Shown here piece by piece: positions 24,550-35,649 of a stretch of 64,000 nucleotides of DNA. The DNA is taken from contig NC_043015.1 in the NCBI RefSeq assembly GCF_006345805.1, forward strand, positions 18,724,001 to 18,788,000, written 5' to 3'. Position 1 is the first letter of the stretch; the number at the start of each line of letters is the position of its first letter. Source of the stretch: Octopus sinensis. Lineage: Eukaryota. A model generated the notes under the pieces. It was not told where the DNA came from. It saw only the letters and a list, made by a program, of their open reading frames with translations, and did no database searches. A program made the position numbers and the translations under genes.

Positions 24550-27450
24550 GTTAGATGAGGAGGGGGGAGAGTTGAGACCAAATGGCGTATAAGAGCGAAG
24601 AGAGAAGATTAATTCCTGTTCACGGCGCAAACGGGAATCCGGATGGCCTCTGTGTAAGGACAAACCGAACACAGATAGGTGTTGCAAGGAGTGACCGGTG
24701 GAGCGGAAATGGCGTGAGACCGGTGTGTCGTTCGCAAGGTGGATGTCACGAAGGTGTTCCGCGAACCGGTCAGCCAAGCGGCGTCCCGTTTGTCCGATGT
24801 ACAAGGAATTGCAGAGAGAACAAGATTGCAATAGATAATATTGCTGGAGGTGCAGGTGAAGGAGTGATGATGGGATAGGGTCGATGATGGGTGCTAGTGA
24901 GGCGGGTGGTGTTGGAGAGGTAAGGGCAAGTGCGGCAACGTGGGCGGGAGCAGGGGAACGAGCGGGTTGGGGGTAGGGTCAGGGAAGGAGCTATGGACCA
25001 AAAGGTCTCGAAGGTTGTGGGCTCGTTTGAAAGAGGGGAGGGGTCGGTTAGGAAGAGGTGTGAAATGGACGGGTCGGACTGGAGATGACGGAAAGCTCGA
25101 AGAATGGTGCGTTGGAGACGTAGGGTCGTGGGGTGGTAAGTGAGGGGAAAAGGGAGGCGGGAGACTACAGGGCGGGTTCGGGGAGAGAGAGCAGATATAC
25201 GGTCCACGGACCGTGCTCTAGCAAGGGCGGTGTGGATAGTGGTGAGGGGGTATCCACGTAGGGTGAAGTGGTGAGCCATACATTGAGACTGAGTCTCAAA
25301 GTCATGGTCGTCACTACAGAGCCTACGTAGACGGAGGAATTGGGAATAGGGGATGGAAAGCTTGGTGTGTTCTGGGTGGGAGGAGAGAAGTTGAGGTATG
25401 AGTGTGAGTCCTGTGTGTTTGTAGTGAATGGAGGTGGTAAGAGTGGAGTGAAGAATGCTAACCGAAATGTCGAGGAAGGAGACAGAGGTGTTGGAGATAG
25501 TGGAAGTGAAGTGGAGGGCTGGATGGAAAGATTGGACGAAAGAGAGGAAGGAATCTAGATGTTCGCGGGAGAGTGAGGTGGCACCGATAATGTCGTCAAT
25601 ATAACGACCATATAGTTCAGGAGTGGGACCAGTGAAATTAGAGAATATTTGGGCCTCAACATAGCCAACGAACAGGTTCGCATAGTTGGGGCCCATTCGC
25701 GTTCCCATGGCCACTCCCGAGACCTGATGGTAGAACTCGCCCGCGAACGAGAAGCAGTTCAGAGTAAGGACAAGTTCGGCCAGACGAATGAGTGTGGAGG
25801 TGTCAGGTACAGGGTTAGAGCGGAGGTCAAGAAGTGTCGAAGGGCCTGCAGTCCTTCGTGGTGAGGGATAACAGTATAGAGGCTTTGGATGTCCATAGTA
25901 AAAAGGATTTTGGAGGAGCCGGGAGGAAAGGAGAAAGAGTTGAAAAGCCGGAGAGCATGGTTGGTATCGTGGATGTGGGAGGGAAGAGATGTCACTAGGG
26001 GGGCAAGGACACGGTCGAGGTATTTAGAGATGAGCTCCGTGGGGCAGTTACAGGCGGAGACGATGGGGCGGCCAGGGTTGTTGGGTTTGTGGATTTTGGG
26101 GAGGAAGTAAATGGTGGGGGTACGTGGGGTTCGCACAATTAGGTTGGATGCGGTGCGGGGGAGACGGAGGACGAGATGAGGTCTTGAACAGTAGAGGATA
26201 CCGTCTGTTGGTAGCTACGTGTTGGTTAGAGGGCAGAGGGGAATAGAAGGAGGTGTCATTGATTTGGCGGAAAGCCTCGGCCCTATAGAGGTCCGCGCTC
26301 CACACCACTACAGCTCCACCCTTGTCAGCCGGTTTGATGATAATGTCAGCGCGCCGTTGGAGGGAACGAAGAGCCAAGAGCTCAGCCGGGGAGATGTTGA
26401 GGCGGCGTTGGCGCCTGGAGAAGTTGAACCGCTCCAATGCACGCTGACAAGCGCCCGCGAAAAGATCCACTGCTAGGATCTGGCCAGGGGCAGGCGTCCA
26501 CGGGGATGGTCGGCGGCCCAGGCCAGTGAAGCAGTCGTCCTCTTCGTTGGGTGTGGGTGGCGAGTCGTGGTAATGCGCACCCAACCGGACACGGCGCACA
26601 AAGCTGTGGACATCAACTCGCGTCTGGAATTCCTTACAGGATGGAGTGAGGGGGATGAAACGCAGACCCCTACCAAGGACGGAGCGTTCAGCCGCAGAGA
26701 GGGGAAGATCGGGGGGAATGGTAACAACAGACGGAAGTGGAGAAGGGGTGGGTGGAATAGAAGTAGGAGGGGTGGTAGGTCTTGTGGAGGTCTGAGGGGA
26801 GGGATTGGGGAGGTGTGTGGGGGTGGTTGGGGGGGGTGGGGCGTAGGGTTAGGTGTAGGTGGATGGAGCCTAACGGGAGGGGAGAAGGGGTTGTAGGGAG
26901 GGCAGTGGGTTAGGTGTGGGTGGATGGAGCCTATCGGGAGGGGAGAAGGGTGGTGGAGGAGTTGGGGTAGTGGCGTCGGGTAGGGTGGAATGGAAGAGTG
27001 ATTGGAGTTTACGAAGTTTGGTATCAGAAAGAAATTGATGGAAGAGTTGATTCAAATGGATAATGAAGCGTAGCGTGTTTGGAGCATAGAGAGGCGGCAG
27101 AGAGGAGAAGAAGGTGGAGAAAGCAGGAGGAAGAAGGCGGTTGATGGCATGTAGTTGGAGAGATTGGAGCGAATGGTGGCCCGCATAAGGCGGTAAGATG
27201 TGGTGCGGAGTATGGGTAAGATGGAAGAATCCGAGTGGAGAGCAGGGTGGAAGTGGAGGCGGAAACCTTTAGGGATGAGTCGGTGATGTAGGCAGCGGCT
27301 TAGGAAAGAGACATGGCTAGAGAAGCGGGTTTTTTTAAAAAGAAGTAGAGAGAGATTAACGGACGGCTGAAGGCAATATACAGGAAGCGAACGTAGATGA
27401 TCCTTCAAACGGTGATGGAGGGTGAGGAGGTAGGACCTAGGATCCGGCAT
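24550..27450 (-). pseudogene. Neptune PLE polyprotein (N-terminal domain, RT, Cys linker, GIY-YIG), broken by several frameshifts
   Basis: LIPKGFRLHF; ADKGGAVVVW; FLPKIHKPNNPGRPIVS; MDIQSLYTVIPH; AMGTRMGPNYANLFVG; YGRYIDD; PCSRPRCRTC; YIGQTGRRLADRFAEH, spread over consecutive ORF-track pieces. Confidence 0.9.
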
Positions 27451-28168
27451 GATGGGATAGCGGAAAAAAACGTTCGAAAAAACAAAAAAAACAAAAAACA
27501 AAAATTATCGTATGAAAAAAATAGAAAAAAAGGGATAGCGAAAAAAGGGGAAAAAACAAACGTTCAAAAAAACAAAAAAATAATAATCGTATGAAAAAAC
27601 TAGATAAGTAAGCGATAGGGGCAGAAAAGACGGGGCAAACGGAAAAGGGAAAGAAAGAAGGGAAGCAGAGAGAGGGGGAGGCAAAAAAGGGGGGTGCAGG
27701 CAGAGGAAACGGAGTATGGACATCCAGAGAGGGAAGAAAGACGGAAAGGAGAACAAAAATTCAGGAAAATGTGGGAAGCATGAAATGAATGTAAAAAAAG
27801 TGGTAATATAAGAGAAAATAAAAATACAACAAACGGGACAGTTTATGCGAACAAGTTCAAGGTTGAAAGTTCAAGGTGAGAAATGTGTAGACGTCGTGGT
27901 ATATTTTTTAAGGATTTCACATCAATGCAAAGTCACTTTGATCCGCGAAAGAGAGGTGCAGCCAATGGTAAGTATCCAAGAGGTAAAGAAAATCCAAGGT
28001 AGAATAAGTGTGATAGTGGTATTGGTAGAATATAGGATGAAAAGTGAGACCACGTGAGCGCATAATATATAACGGGAAGCTTTATGAAAATAAACAAAAG
28101 ACGAAGGCAGGTGGAAAACAAACGAACAATTGTATTAGTATGGCGCTCAGTAAATATAAATAAACAAG

Positions 28169-28206
28169 TCTTTAACGTTTCGAGCCTACGCTCTTCAACA
28201 GAAAGA
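28169..28206 (-). ncRNA. Minimal hammerhead variant in the 5' pLTR
   Basis: Identical to 23691-23728. Confidence 0.6.
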
Positions 28207-28553
28207 TACACATAGAGAGAAAAACAACAGAAAGAAGGAGATAAAAAAAATGCGTGCAGTAGCTAACGAATCAACATGGCGATCTGATTTCGGCCAGAGG
28301 TCAAGGATCAAACATGAGACGCGAGAGCGAAATAAGGGGAGATAATAGGGTTGATAAAAGGGTTGAGGGACCAGCTAAAAGTGCGTGGGAGGGGTCTGGA
28401 TGTGTGTATGTATAGGGTTGGTGTATGTATTAGTATGTATAAGGGTGTGTTGTGTGTGTGTATGAGAGGAGTATTAGTGCGTAAGATTGGTCTGGACGTG
28501 CGTATGTATGGGGTTGGTGTATGTATTAGTATGTATTAGTATGTATTAGTACG

Positions 28554-28589
<36 letters not shown>

Positions 28590-28592
<3 letters not shown>

Positions 28593-28782
28593 ACCGCTTG
28601 TGTACCGTTGGCGATTTTTTTCCTCCGTCTTCCTTTCTTTGGTCTTTCCTTTTCTTATGTTTCTTACGAAGAGCTCCGCTCGAAACGTTAAATCCTCCTT
28701 TCCTTCTTTTCAATAATACTATACTTGTTCCACGTCCTCGCGTTGTTGTGCTTTCTCTTTGGTTTTCATGTTTGGATTAATT
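28590..28782 (+). mobile_element. Family E short element; hammerhead core mutated (CUUACGA) at 28659-28692
   Basis: Reverse complement homolog of 18244-18451; (TA)n both sides. Confidence 0.7.
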
Positions 28783-28790
28783 ATATATAT

Positions 28791-28836
<46 letters not shown>

Positions 28837-28903
28837 ATATATAATAATATATACATACATACATATATATATACATACAAATTTTTAAATCTTTTTAAAC
28901 AAA

Positions 28904-28960
28904 AATATGCTAGGCCACTGGTTTTAATTGATTAATATCAGTTTCTACCCTTATTTAATT
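28904..28960 (+). repeat. Terminal fragment homologous to the end of retrozyme-like array B
   Basis: aatatgctaggccactggttttaattgattaatatcagtttctacccttatttaatt versus the array B end at ~59415-59472. Confidence 0.7.
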
Positions 28961-28982
28961 ATATATATATATATATATATAA

Positions 28983-30572
28983 AGGGAAAGTTTACAAAAA
29001 AACAACAACCAAAAGACGAAGACAGGTGGTGTACAAAACAAACAGATGTATTAGTATAGCGCTCAGGAATAGAAAAAAGTCTTTTACGTTTCGAGCCTAC
29101 GCTCTTCTACAGAAAGGTATACAGAAAAAACAAGGCGAGAAAAAAGTGTGTAGTGGCTAACGATCTATCATGGCGTCTGACTCGGACAAAATGGTCAGAC
29201 GAGAGGGGAAAAGTAGGGGAGATAACAAGGTCAAAATGACCTCTAACACGGAGACCCCAACACAAAGGTGCGTGTGTGTATAAGAGTGCATGTATGTGCG
29301 TGTGAAAGAGGGCTGGTGGTCTGGACGTGTGTGTGTATGTATGTGTAGGTGTGAAGATGTGGGGATGGGTGTGTGGGTGGTGTGTTGTGATGTGATGTGT
29401 AATGTTGTATGGTGTAGTGTGGTGTGGTGTGATGCTGTGGGGAGGTGAGGAGGCGTGTAATAGTGTATGGTGTAGTGTAGTGTGGTGTGATGTGTGGGGA
29501 GGTGGGGGAGGCGAGAGTGGGGAAAGCACGGGCGGGTGTGTTGGGTTCGGCTGGGGGTGGAGGTGAGTTATGTGGGGGGAGAGGTGTGGTATAGGGTGGG
29601 GGAGAGGTGTGGGAGGTGTGGGATAGGGTGGGGTGGATGGGAAGGTAGGGGAAGGTGGGTAGGGGTGGGGGGGTTTACGAGGGAGGGGGAAGGTGTATAT
29701 GGAGGAGAGGAGGAGGAGAGAGAGAGAAGAAAGGAGGAGAAGAGAGAAGAGAGAAGAGAGAAAGAGAAGGTAAGAGAGAAGAGAGAAAGAGAGAGTGAAA
29801 GAGTAGGAGAGAAGAGAGAAAGAGAATAAGACAGGAGAGAGAAAGGGAATAAGAGAGAAGAGAGGAAGAGAGAAGAGAGAAAGAAAGTAAGAGGGAAGGA
29901 GGGGAGGAGGGAAGAGGGAAGGAGGAGGGAGAAAGAGAGAAAGAGAGTAGGAGAGAAGAGAAAAAGAGAGTAAGAGAGAAGAGGGAAAGAGAGTAGGGGT
30001 GAAGAGAAGTAGCAGTGAAGAGATGTAGGAGTGAAGTAGGAGTAAAGAGAAGTAGGAGTTGGGGCAAGAGAGGAGAGTTGGGTGGGAAGAAGGAGGAGGG
30101 AGGGCGGAGAGGACAGAAGGGGAGTGAGGGAGCAGGGAGAAAGAGAGTAGGAGAGAAGAGGGAAAGAGAGTAGAGGGAAAAGAGGGAGGAAGTGGGAAAG
30201 AGAGTAGGGGTGAAAAGATGTAGGTGTGAAGAGAAGTAGGAGTCGGGGAGGAGGTTAGATGAAAAGGGGAGGAGAGTTGAGCCCAAATGGCGTAAAAGAG
30301 CGAAGAGAGAAGATTAATCCCTGTTCACGGCGCAAGCGGGAGTCCGGATGGCCTCTGTGCAAGGACAATTCGAACACAGACAGGTGTTGCAAGGAGTGAC
30401 CGGTGGAGCGGAAATGGCGTGAGACTGGAGTGTCATTGCCGAGGCGGATGTCACGGAGGTGCAGGTGAAGGAGTCGATGATGCGATAGGGTCGATGATGG
30501 GTGCCGGTGAGGAAGGTGGTGTTGGAGAGGTAAGGGCAAGTGCGGGCAGCTGGGCGGGAGGTGGATATATAT
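28983..30572 (-). mobile_element. Neptune PLE 3' fragment (GIY-YIG end, long purine/pyrimidine tract, pLTR with HHR at 29081-29116, core CUGUAGA)
   Basis: SRHFRSTGHSLQHLSVF...LRREQGLIFSLRSFTPFGLN; pLTR homologous to 8302-8560. Confidence 0.88.
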
Positions 30573-30593
30573 ACGTATTGTGTATATATATAG

Positions 30594-30675
<82 letters not shown>

Positions 30676-30777
30676 GGTCCCGGTTGATTCGGGGTTAACC
30701 ACAGTAAATAAGGTACTCAATACATAGCAGAGTAAAATTAATTTATTATATAGAAGGAGCTTCTACAGGACTAGAAT

Positions 30778-31344
30778 GGGGGTAGGCATAGCGCAAAATA
30801 TCATACTTGGGGGAGTGGTCAAGGAGTCAGTGTTAAATTAGATAGAAGAATAAATAAAAAAAATAAAAAAATAAAAAAATAAAAAAATATATATATATAA
30901 AAAAGGGAATAGAGTTAAGGAGAAGGAGATTCTCACTTATACCTATGCACATATGTATACATATATACACACACATACAAACATATATACATATACATAC
31001 ACACATACATACACACACACATATATACATATATATACACTTACACATACATGTATGTGTAGATATGTATATGTATGTGTAAGTGTATATATATGTATAT
31101 ATGTGTGTGTGTATGTATGTGTGTATGTATATGTATATATGTTTGTCTGTGTGTGTATATATGTATACATATGTGCATAGGTATAAGTGAGAATCTCCTT
31201 CTCCTTAACTCTATTCCCTTTTTTTTATATATATATATTTTTATTTTTTTATTTTTTAATTTTTTTATTTATTCTTCTATCTAATTTAACACTGACTCCT
31301 TGACCACTCCCCCAAGTATGATATTTTGCGCTATGCCTACCCCC
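30778..31344. repeat. Near-perfect palindrome, ~275-bp arms, 18-nt spacer (31053-31070)
   Basis: gggggtaggcatagcgc... / ...gcgctatgcctaccccc; arms include (TA/CA) microsatellite. Confidence 0.9.
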
Positions 31345-31413
31345 AAAAAGTCCCCCACCAACACCCCTTTAACCAGCCTAAATGTATAAATGCCAATACA
31401 ATTCTTGTTAACT

Positions 31414-31464
31414 AGCTTCCTGAAGATTTCTCTTGAATGAAACAGTTCTAGTCCTGTAGAAGCT
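31414..31464 (+). ncRNA. Type I hammerhead, family D (pLTR-like); inverted partial copy at ~30671-30776
   Basis: agcttc-CTGAAGA-tttc-tctt-gaat-GAAA-cag-ttctagtc-ctg-TA-gaagct. Confidence 0.65.
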
Positions 31465-31477
31465 CCTTCTATTAATC

Positions 31478-31599
<122 letters not shown>

Positions 31600-31617
31600 G
31601 TATATCTGTGTGAGTGT

Positions 31618-31985
31618 ATGTGGCTATGTGGTAAGAAGCTTGCCTCTCAACCACATGGATCCGGGTTCAGTCCACTGCGTGGCACCTTACCTTGTGCAAG
31701 TGTCATTAACGGTTGCCTCGGGCCGTGTGTGGATTTGGTAGACGAAAACGCGAAGAAGACCGTCGTACATATATTTATATTTGTATATATTTGTGTGTTT
31801 GACCCCAACACCATCGCTTGACAACAGATGTTAGTATGTTTACGTTTCGGTAACTTAACGGTTCGGCAAAAAAGACTAATAGAAAAAGTATTAGGCTTAC
31901 AAAGAATAAGTCCAGGGACCGATTTCTTCGACTAAAAGGCGGTGCTCCAGCATGGCCATAGGCAAAATGATTGAAACAAATAAAA
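31618..31985 (+). mobile_element. SINE family 1, diverged
   Basis: Same head, core and tail as 16505-16908. Confidence 0.75.
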
Positions 31986-32046
31986 GAATACACGAATATA
32001 TAACACACACACACATACACATAAATATGTACCTATATGTGTGTGA

Positions 32047-32967
32047 GTGTGTGTGTGCATAGCATTCATCACTCCACTCTTACCACCTCCATTTACTACA
32101 AACTCACACTCATACCTAAACTTCTCTTCCTCCCACCCCAAACACACCAAGCTTTCCATCCCCTATTCCCAATTCCTCCGTCTACGTAGGCTCTGTAGTG
32201 ACGACCATGACTTTGAGACTCAGTCTCAACTCATGGCTCGCCACTTCACCCTACGTGGATACCCCCTCACCACTATCCACACCTCCCTTGCCAGAGCACG
32301 TTCCGTAGACCGTGCATCTGCTCTCTCCCCCCGAACCCGCCCTGCAGTCTCCCGCCTACGTTTTCCCCTCACTTACCACCCCACCACCCTACCTCTCCAA
32401 CGCACCATTCTTCGAGCTTTCCGGCATCTCCAGTCCGACCCGTCCACTTCACACCTTTTCCCTAAACGACCCCTCCCCTTCTTCAAACGAGCCCATAACC
32501 TACGAGACCTCTTGGTCCACAGCTCCTTCCCTGATCCTACCTCCCAACCTGGCTCGTTCCCCTTCTCCCGCCCACGTTTCAGCACTTGCCCTTACCTCTC
32601 CAACACCACCATCCTCACCGGCACCCATCATCGACCCTATCGCATCATCGACTCCTTCACCTACACCTCCAGCAATATCATCTATTGCATCTCCTGTTCT
32701 CTCTGCCATTCCCTGTACATCGGACAAACGGGACGCCGCTTGGCTGACCGGTTCGCGGAACACCTCCGAGACATCCGCCTCGGCAATGACACTCCAGTCT
32801 CACGCCATTTCCGCTCCACCGGTCACTCCTTGCAACACTTGTCAGTGTTCGGATTGTCCTTGCACAGAGGCCATCCGGATTCCCGCTTGCGCCGTGAACA
32901 GGGCTTAATCTTCTCTCTTCGCTCTTTTACGCCATTTGGGCTCAACTTCCCCCCCCTTTTCATCTAA
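32047..32967 (+). CDS. Uninterrupted PLE RT-thumb/linker/GIY-YIG reading frame (5'-truncated element; listed start is not the native start)
   Basis: ORF track 306 aa: SSHPKHTKLSIPYSQFLRLRRLCS...NIIYCISCSLCHSLYIGQTGRRLADRFAEH...FGLN. Confidence 0.8.
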   Translation: MCVCIAFITPLLPPPFTTNSHSYLNFSSSHPKHTKLSIPYSQFLRLRRLCSDDHDFETQSQLMARHFTLRGYPLTTIHTSLARARSVDRASALSPRTRPAVSRLRFPLTYHPTTLPLQRTILRAFRHLQSDPSTSHLFPKRPLPFFKRAHNLRDLLVHSSFPDPTSQPGSFPFSRPRFSTCPYLSNTTILTGTHHRPYRIIDSFTYTSSNIIYCISCSLCHSLYIGQTGRRLADRFAEHLRDIRLGNDTPVSRHFRSTGHSLQHLSVFGLSLHRGHPDSRLRREQGLIFSLRSFTPFGLNFPPLFI

Positions 32968-33350
32968 CCTCCCCCTGACTCCTACTTCTCTTCAGTCCTT
33001 CATCTTTTCACCTCTACTCTCTTTCCCTTCTCTTCCCTTCTTCCCCCTTCTTCCCTCTTCTCTCTCTTCTTCTCTCTTCTTCCCTCTTCCGCTTCTCTCC
33101 GTTTTGGAAGTCACTTGACCCTGTTATCTCCCCTGACCACTGTCCGAGTCAGGACGCCATGATAGATCGTTAGCTCCTACACGCATTTTTTTCTCTCCTT
33201 GTTTTTTTCTGTGTATCTTTCTGTCGAAGAGCGTAGGCTCGAAACGTAAAATACTTTTTCTATTTGTATTCCTGAGCGCCATACTAATACATTTGTTTGT
33301 TTGTACTCTACCTGCCTTCGTCTTTTGTTTATTTTCGTAAACCTTCCCGT

Positions 33351-33352
<2 letters not shown>
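32062..33352 (+). mobile_element. Neptune PLE 3' fragment with pLTR; HHR at 33218-33251 (core CUGUCGA)
   Basis: Homologous to 24550-25450 and pLTR; ends ccttcccgtta into (TA)n. Confidence 0.9.
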
Positions 33353-33397
<45 letters not shown>

Positions 33398-33441
33398 AAT
33401 TATATATATATATATATGTGCAAGTAATATATATATATATA

Positions 33442-33774
33442 TATATCTATATTGTATAGAGGGCATTATTACACATAAATGCCTCACACTAAGAGGGAAA
33501 AGTCATTACTACCACAATTATACTAATCATACCCAAATGCAGTTTTTCAAAGCAAGACATTTAAAATGAATTTAGTCTGTATCACCGTGATTTCACATTC
33601 AAGACGTAAGTTGAATGTGAAATCACGGTGATACAGAACTAAATTCATTTTTTAAATGTCTTGCTTTGAAAAACTGCATTGGGTATGATTAGTATAATTT
33701 TGGTAGTAATGACTTTGTCCCTCTTAGTGTGAGGCATTTATGTGTAATAATGCCCTCTATACAATATAGATATA
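33442..33774. repeat. Near-perfect palindrome, ~160-bp arms, 12-nt spacer (33601-33612)
   Basis: tatatctatattgtatagagggc...ttcacattc / gaatgtgaa...gccctctatacaatatagatata. Confidence 0.9.
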
Positions 33775-33896
33775 ATTAATTTGTTCAAAAGAAAAAAATT
33801 ATTTTCGAATTCTTTTCTTTTATGAGGTTTTCACGCTAACTACCCGATAATTTCTTGTTAAGATCCCTTATTAAGAGATTATCCTTAATTGTTAAA

Positions 33897-33934
<38 letters not shown>

Positions 33935-33935
<1 letters not shown>

Positions 33936-35245
33936 TAGCAGAGATACCCGGCGTTGCCCGGTTACATTCAATGGAAGAATTAGACTTTTCTGTTATATTT
34001 TCTGTAATGAACTGGAATATCTATGTTTCGAATTTCATCAAAATTGCAGATGAGGGTAATTTCTCTCTTTACACTCCCCCGCCCCACCAAATTATAATCG
34101 TGCCACATGTATCCCATACTACTGATTTTTATGCGCATATTCCAAAATTCCAGTCTTATTGAACCTGTTAAAAAGATTTTGCTCCTGAAAAATGAAGGTC
34201 ATGGAGCCCTAAAATGTGAGAGTTAAGACTCCTGTTGGAGGTGGGCATCTTAAAGTCAACCAGAGAAGTTGAATTTTGAGAATCTTTTTAACTTAAGCTT
34301 TTTAAATTGAGAATCTTTTTAAATTGATTGAATTTCTTTGAAATAGGAAATATATGTTCACTGGGTTTGTAAAAGAGAGCAAAGCTACAGGAAACCAAAA
34401 GACGAATGATCACAATAAGCAGTCAGTTACCCTACCCTAGTCGGTACCACTCCCAATGTAGGATTCCTCACAGCCGTAAGATGCATTACGAATCTATAGC
34501 AGTTGGAAGGGCGTGACCCAACTGAAATCAACATTAACAACTATGTGACGCGAGGGCTAAGGAGAAATTAAAGTGTCACATCTGGAGTTTGCAAATGACC
34601 ACTATACTAATACGTAACTGGACAGAATAAATTTACAATCTATAAATGTCTTTGAATAACCAGTCACTCATGTGGGAAGACCTTGAAATCAATGTTACCA
34701 TCTGGGGACTATGTGTGACCCAGTGATAATAAAAAGACTGAAAGGAGGTCTGCAATCAAATAACTTTACTCAACACTTTGCAACTGAATCAGTAGAGGCA
34801 AAGATGCCTCTGATTTACTTGACAATTTATGCAGCACATTGCAGAAATCACAATGTAAGTGTATGTCAAAGCAAACTGTTACACTGTTGTGCCATTGAAT
34901 TAGAAATAATGCTCAACTTTTATGCTCGGGTGACCCTACAGCTTCCAAGAGCACAAATGTATTCGCTTTTGCTTAAATAAAATGACAAAATTGTGGGTGT
35001 TAAGTCCCCATGGCAGGGTCTTTCTAACTTGTAAGAAGATGAAATTTTATAAATATTACTTCATTTGTGCCTAATATCTATGGCTAAAATTTCATCAACA
35101 GCAAAAATATATGAATTGTCATGGGTGAAATATGGCCCTTATGCAAAGAATATAATTTCAAATTTTCATAAAGATCCATTCAGTACTTTTGACCTAGTTT
35201 TGGATCATAAAAGAAATTACTAAAATTTGGGAGTTAAGGCTCCCA
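33935..35245 (+). mobile_element. Possible non-autonomous Helitron/Helentron-like element
   Basis: Starts actagcagagatacccggcgttgcccgg after (TA)n, a 5' pattern typical of such elements; 3' boundary is a guess at the next (TA)n. Confidence 0.35.
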
Positions 35246-35253
35246 TTAGGGTG

Positions 35254-35378
<125 letters not shown>

Positions 35379-35384
35379 CACACA

Positions 35385-35645
35385 CATACAAAGATAAATT
35401 GATAGATTCAACTGAGTGGGCAAGCAAAAATATGAGACACAACCTAGTGCTTTTTTTATGTTGATAAGTCTGGTTTATTCTATTAGTTTGTTCTTGTGAA
35501 ACCAGTAAGTTATGTGGATGTAAATAAATGAAGAGCAGTTGTGAAGCAGTGATGAGGGAGAAACACAAAGACACACACATAGACTTCCATATATACATAC
35601 ATATATATATGATTGATTTGTTTCAGTTCTGTCTACGAAATCCGT
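35385..35645 (-). repeat. Diverged SINE-family-1-related segment duplicated at ~38505-38765 (head at ~38765-38885)
   Basis: acaaagataaattgataga...gattgatttgtttcagttc..gtcta direct repeat on either side of the RTE element. Confidence 0.65.
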
Positions 35646-35649
35646 ATAT

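Larger units (their letters stand above)
23592..28555 (-). mobile_element. Near full-length Neptune-type PLE in partial-tandem form: pLTR-ORF-pLTR
   Basis: Direct repeats ~23587-24070 and ~28067-28555; both ends abut (TA)n; RT+GIY-YIG ORF between them. Confidence 0.92.
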
